64,000 nucleotides of DNA from Alphaproteobacteria bacterium (GTDB lineage: Bacteria; Pseudomonadota; Alphaproteobacteria; Rs-D84). This document shows positions 61,935 to 64,000 of this stretch, piece by piece (position 1 is the stretch's first letter; each line of letters begins with the position of its first letter). The notes under the pieces were generated by a model that was given only the letters and a program-made list of their open reading frames with translations, did not search any database and was not told where the DNA came from. Position numbers and translations under genes: made by a program. Where the stretch lies: the NCBI GenBank assembly GCA_017629245.1, contig JAGBXO010000002.1, positions 86,475 through 150,474 of the forward strand, read 5' to 3'.

Positions 61935-63203
61935 ATGAAAAAAACATTTTTGGGTATCGCAGGTGTTTTATCTGTCTTGACGGTTTTAAATGCAAATGCT
62001 GCAACAAATTCAGGTGCGCGCGCCGCGTCCAGTGCAAACTTATCTGGGGCACCGGCCACACGTACGCGTGAAAAGGTGAACTATCAGAAATATCAGACGC
62101 GTACAACAACAAAAACATATGAATCAAAAGATACAGGGGATTTGTATTATACAAAACCCGCAAATCGTAGCGCGCTGTATAAACAGTACGAAGGGGCAAA
62201 TTCTTCTTCTGCGCGTGCAACAAAAACGACAAAACGCACAACACGCAGTGAAAAAGTTGTTAATAAATTAACGCGTAAATATTTTATCGCGCATCCATTC
62301 TATCAGCCGTTGGGTGGTGTGTTTGGTTCTGTGACCGATTTGGGTTATACAATGGGGTCGTATGATTTTACAATTAATCAAACTGTACCTGTTTATGATA
62401 TTTCAAGTGGAACAGCCGTTCCGGTTTATCCATTAAATGGTTTGGGTGGCAAATGGGATATGACCCGTCTGTCAATCAAAGAAGATTTCAGTTATGGTAT
62501 TACAGATACTATTGCAGTAATGGGTATGGCTGAATTTGATATGGACGATTATAAATTTGAATGGGAAGATAATTCACCGTCTGATGAAATGGATGACAGT
62601 GGGCTGAATCTGTTTGGTATTGGTGGTCAATGGCGTTTCATAGATAATGAAAAATGGATTGGTATGGCGTCTGCATACTATCAGCATCAACAGGATATTT
62701 CTAATAACTTTTTGTTAGAGGCGAAGTTTGGATATAAAATCGCGTCCTCAACTGTCTATGGTTTGGCGCGTGGATGGTATCTGGCGTTGGACGGTAATTC
62801 ATATGGTAATGGGGTAGAAGGTACCGACGCAAATGGTGTTCCAGCACTGATGTATATCCCATATCAGGTTGGTGATGACAAGGCCATGTATTTTGAAGGC
62901 GGAATGGGTGTGTTCAGTGTGCTGAACAAGGATTGGACGCTGAATCTGGAAGGTGTCTTTGGTCACTATGATTGGCATAATTCTGCAACAATCAAGGGCG
63001 CAATCGGATGGCAGCCAAATGATTGGTTTGCGTTGAATCTGTATGCTAAGACTGTTTTCTATGACAGTGCCGATGGTAAGGAATTAGATCTTTTCTGGAT
63101 GGAGCCAAGTGTTGGATTGGAAGCATTGACCAAAATTGGTACGGTTGATTTGGATAAATATTCTGAAACATCAATTGGTTTGCAGGTTATGTTCCAATTC
63201 TAA
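61935..63203 (+). CDS. outer membrane beta-barrel protein with basic Thr/Arg/Lys-rich N-terminal extension
   Basis: Signal peptide, aromatic-girdled strands, C-terminal VMFQF. Confidence 0.7.
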   Translation: MKKTFLGIAGVLSVLTVLNANAATNSGARAASSANLSGAPATRTREKVNYQKYQTRTTTKTYESKDTGDLYYTKPANRSALYKQYEGANSSSARATKTTKRTTRSEKVVNKLTRKYFIAHPFYQPLGGVFGSVTDLGYTMGSYDFTINQTVPVYDISSGTAVPVYPLNGLGGKWDMTRLSIKEDFSYGITDTIAVMGMAEFDMDDYKFEWEDNSPSDEMDDSGLNLFGIGGQWRFIDNEKWIGMASAYYQHQQDISNNFLLEAKFGYKIASSTVYGLARGWYLALDGNSYGNGVEGTDANGVPALMYIPYQVGDDKAMYFEGGMGVFSVLNKDWTLNLEGVFGHYDWHNSATIKGAIGWQPNDWFALNLYAKTVFYDSADGKELDLFWMEPSVGLEALTKIGTVDLDKYSETSIGLQVMFQF

Positions 63204-63272
63204 TTCAGTGTGAATTGCGCCCCGTTTTTTGGGGCGCAATTTCTGTTTTTATTGCGGGGAGAGGGGGCGCAA

Positions 63273-64000
63273 ATGCGTAAATTTTTATCTGTTTTTTTGT
63301 TGTCAACATGTGTATTAATACCATCATTATCGCATGCAAATGATTTATCACTGGATACATCTGACCCATTGTTTATTTTGGGGGACGATGGGATTTTATC
63401 TCAGTCTTCGATAACATATTGGGATCATATTTTACGTGCAGGGCAATCTGTGTCTTATGGTATGAATAATCGATTAACAATCGGTGCAAATGTTCATTAT
63501 CAGCATGACTTTAATGGCCCAGAAGATGGTTTTTCTGCAATTGATTTAGGTGCAACGTATCGTATTGGGATGGCTGATGATAATGATGCGCGTGTAATAT
63601 CAGATGTTCTGTTCGGATTTAAATTTGGTGGCAGTTCACGTGTGCGTACGCCGGATTATGCAGATTCAACATATTATGCGGGGGTGCGCTTTGGGCGTCA
63701 ATGGGTTGGTATGACATTAGCTGCGACCATTAAATCGACATGGGTTTTTGATGATACCCGAGGTGTTGCGTTTTTGGACTTTATGCCCGAGGCATATTTT
63801 CGTATTGCGCCCGATTGGCGGTTGGGTACAGGTTTGACCTTTCGTAAGGCGACGCACAAAGACCCCATAGATGATACAGATTTTGACCAGGAATGGTTGC
63901 ATGCCAAGTTGGTTCGTCAATATGGCCACACCCAGTATATAGGTCACATGGATTTTGAATTTGAATCCGATGATGTACAGGTGGGGGCACGCATCAACAT
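63273..64000 (+). CDS. outer membrane beta-barrel protein (runs off window; not in ORF track)
   Basis: Manual translation MRKFLSVFLLSTCVLIPSLSHA-NDLSLDTSDPLF...SYGMNNRLTIG...; open to the window end. Confidence 0.7.
   Translation, partial: MRKFLSVFLLSTCVLIPSLSHANDLSLDTSDPLFILGDDGILSQSSITYWDHILRAGQSVSYGMNNRLTIGANVHYQHDFNGPEDGFSAIDLGATYRIGMADDNDARVISDVLFGFKFGGSSRVRTPDYADSTYYAGVRFGRQWVGMTLAATIKSTWVFDDTRGVAFLDFMPEAYFRIAPDWRLGTGLTFRKATHKDPIDDTDFDQEWLHAKLVRQYGHTQYIGHMDFEFESDDVQVGARIN

Overview
Chromosomal window from an AT-rich, gene-dense diderm bacterium. Gene content (LptD/LptF, LpxC/LpxK, Zn-free bL36, VirB3/VirB4, alpha-type elongator tRNA-Met) points to a reduced-genome Alphaproteobacterium; a gut Rs-D84/'Enterousia'-like lineage is an inference. 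It is mostly housekeeping (pheST, rplT/rpmI, mreC-mrdA-rodA, topA, dnaG, ychF, gyrB, ung, aspS, uvrB, tsaE, ftsQ, lolCDE, ftsK) with three tRNAs. Top observation: a T-box-like riboswitch between tRNA-Thr and aspS, with a textbook antiterminator whose UGGC bulge matches tRNA-Asp, a very short Stem I and no intrinsic terminator; this class is not expected in Alphaproteobacteria. Also notable: an FtsA::ribulose-phosphate-epimerase fusion; a probable oriC with variant TTTTCAACA DnaA boxes at a visible GC-skew switch (~20.8 kb); a chromosomal type IVb pilus cluster with a remote secretin-like gene; orphan virB3-virB4 followed by a secreted HExxH protein; orphan proteins with basic C-termini, including a JAMM metalloprotease; a promoter- and terminator-bounded unannotated ncRNA; tRNAs with C55; RPE-like palindromic elements; and several leaderless promoters. 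All calls are by eye; no searches were run.
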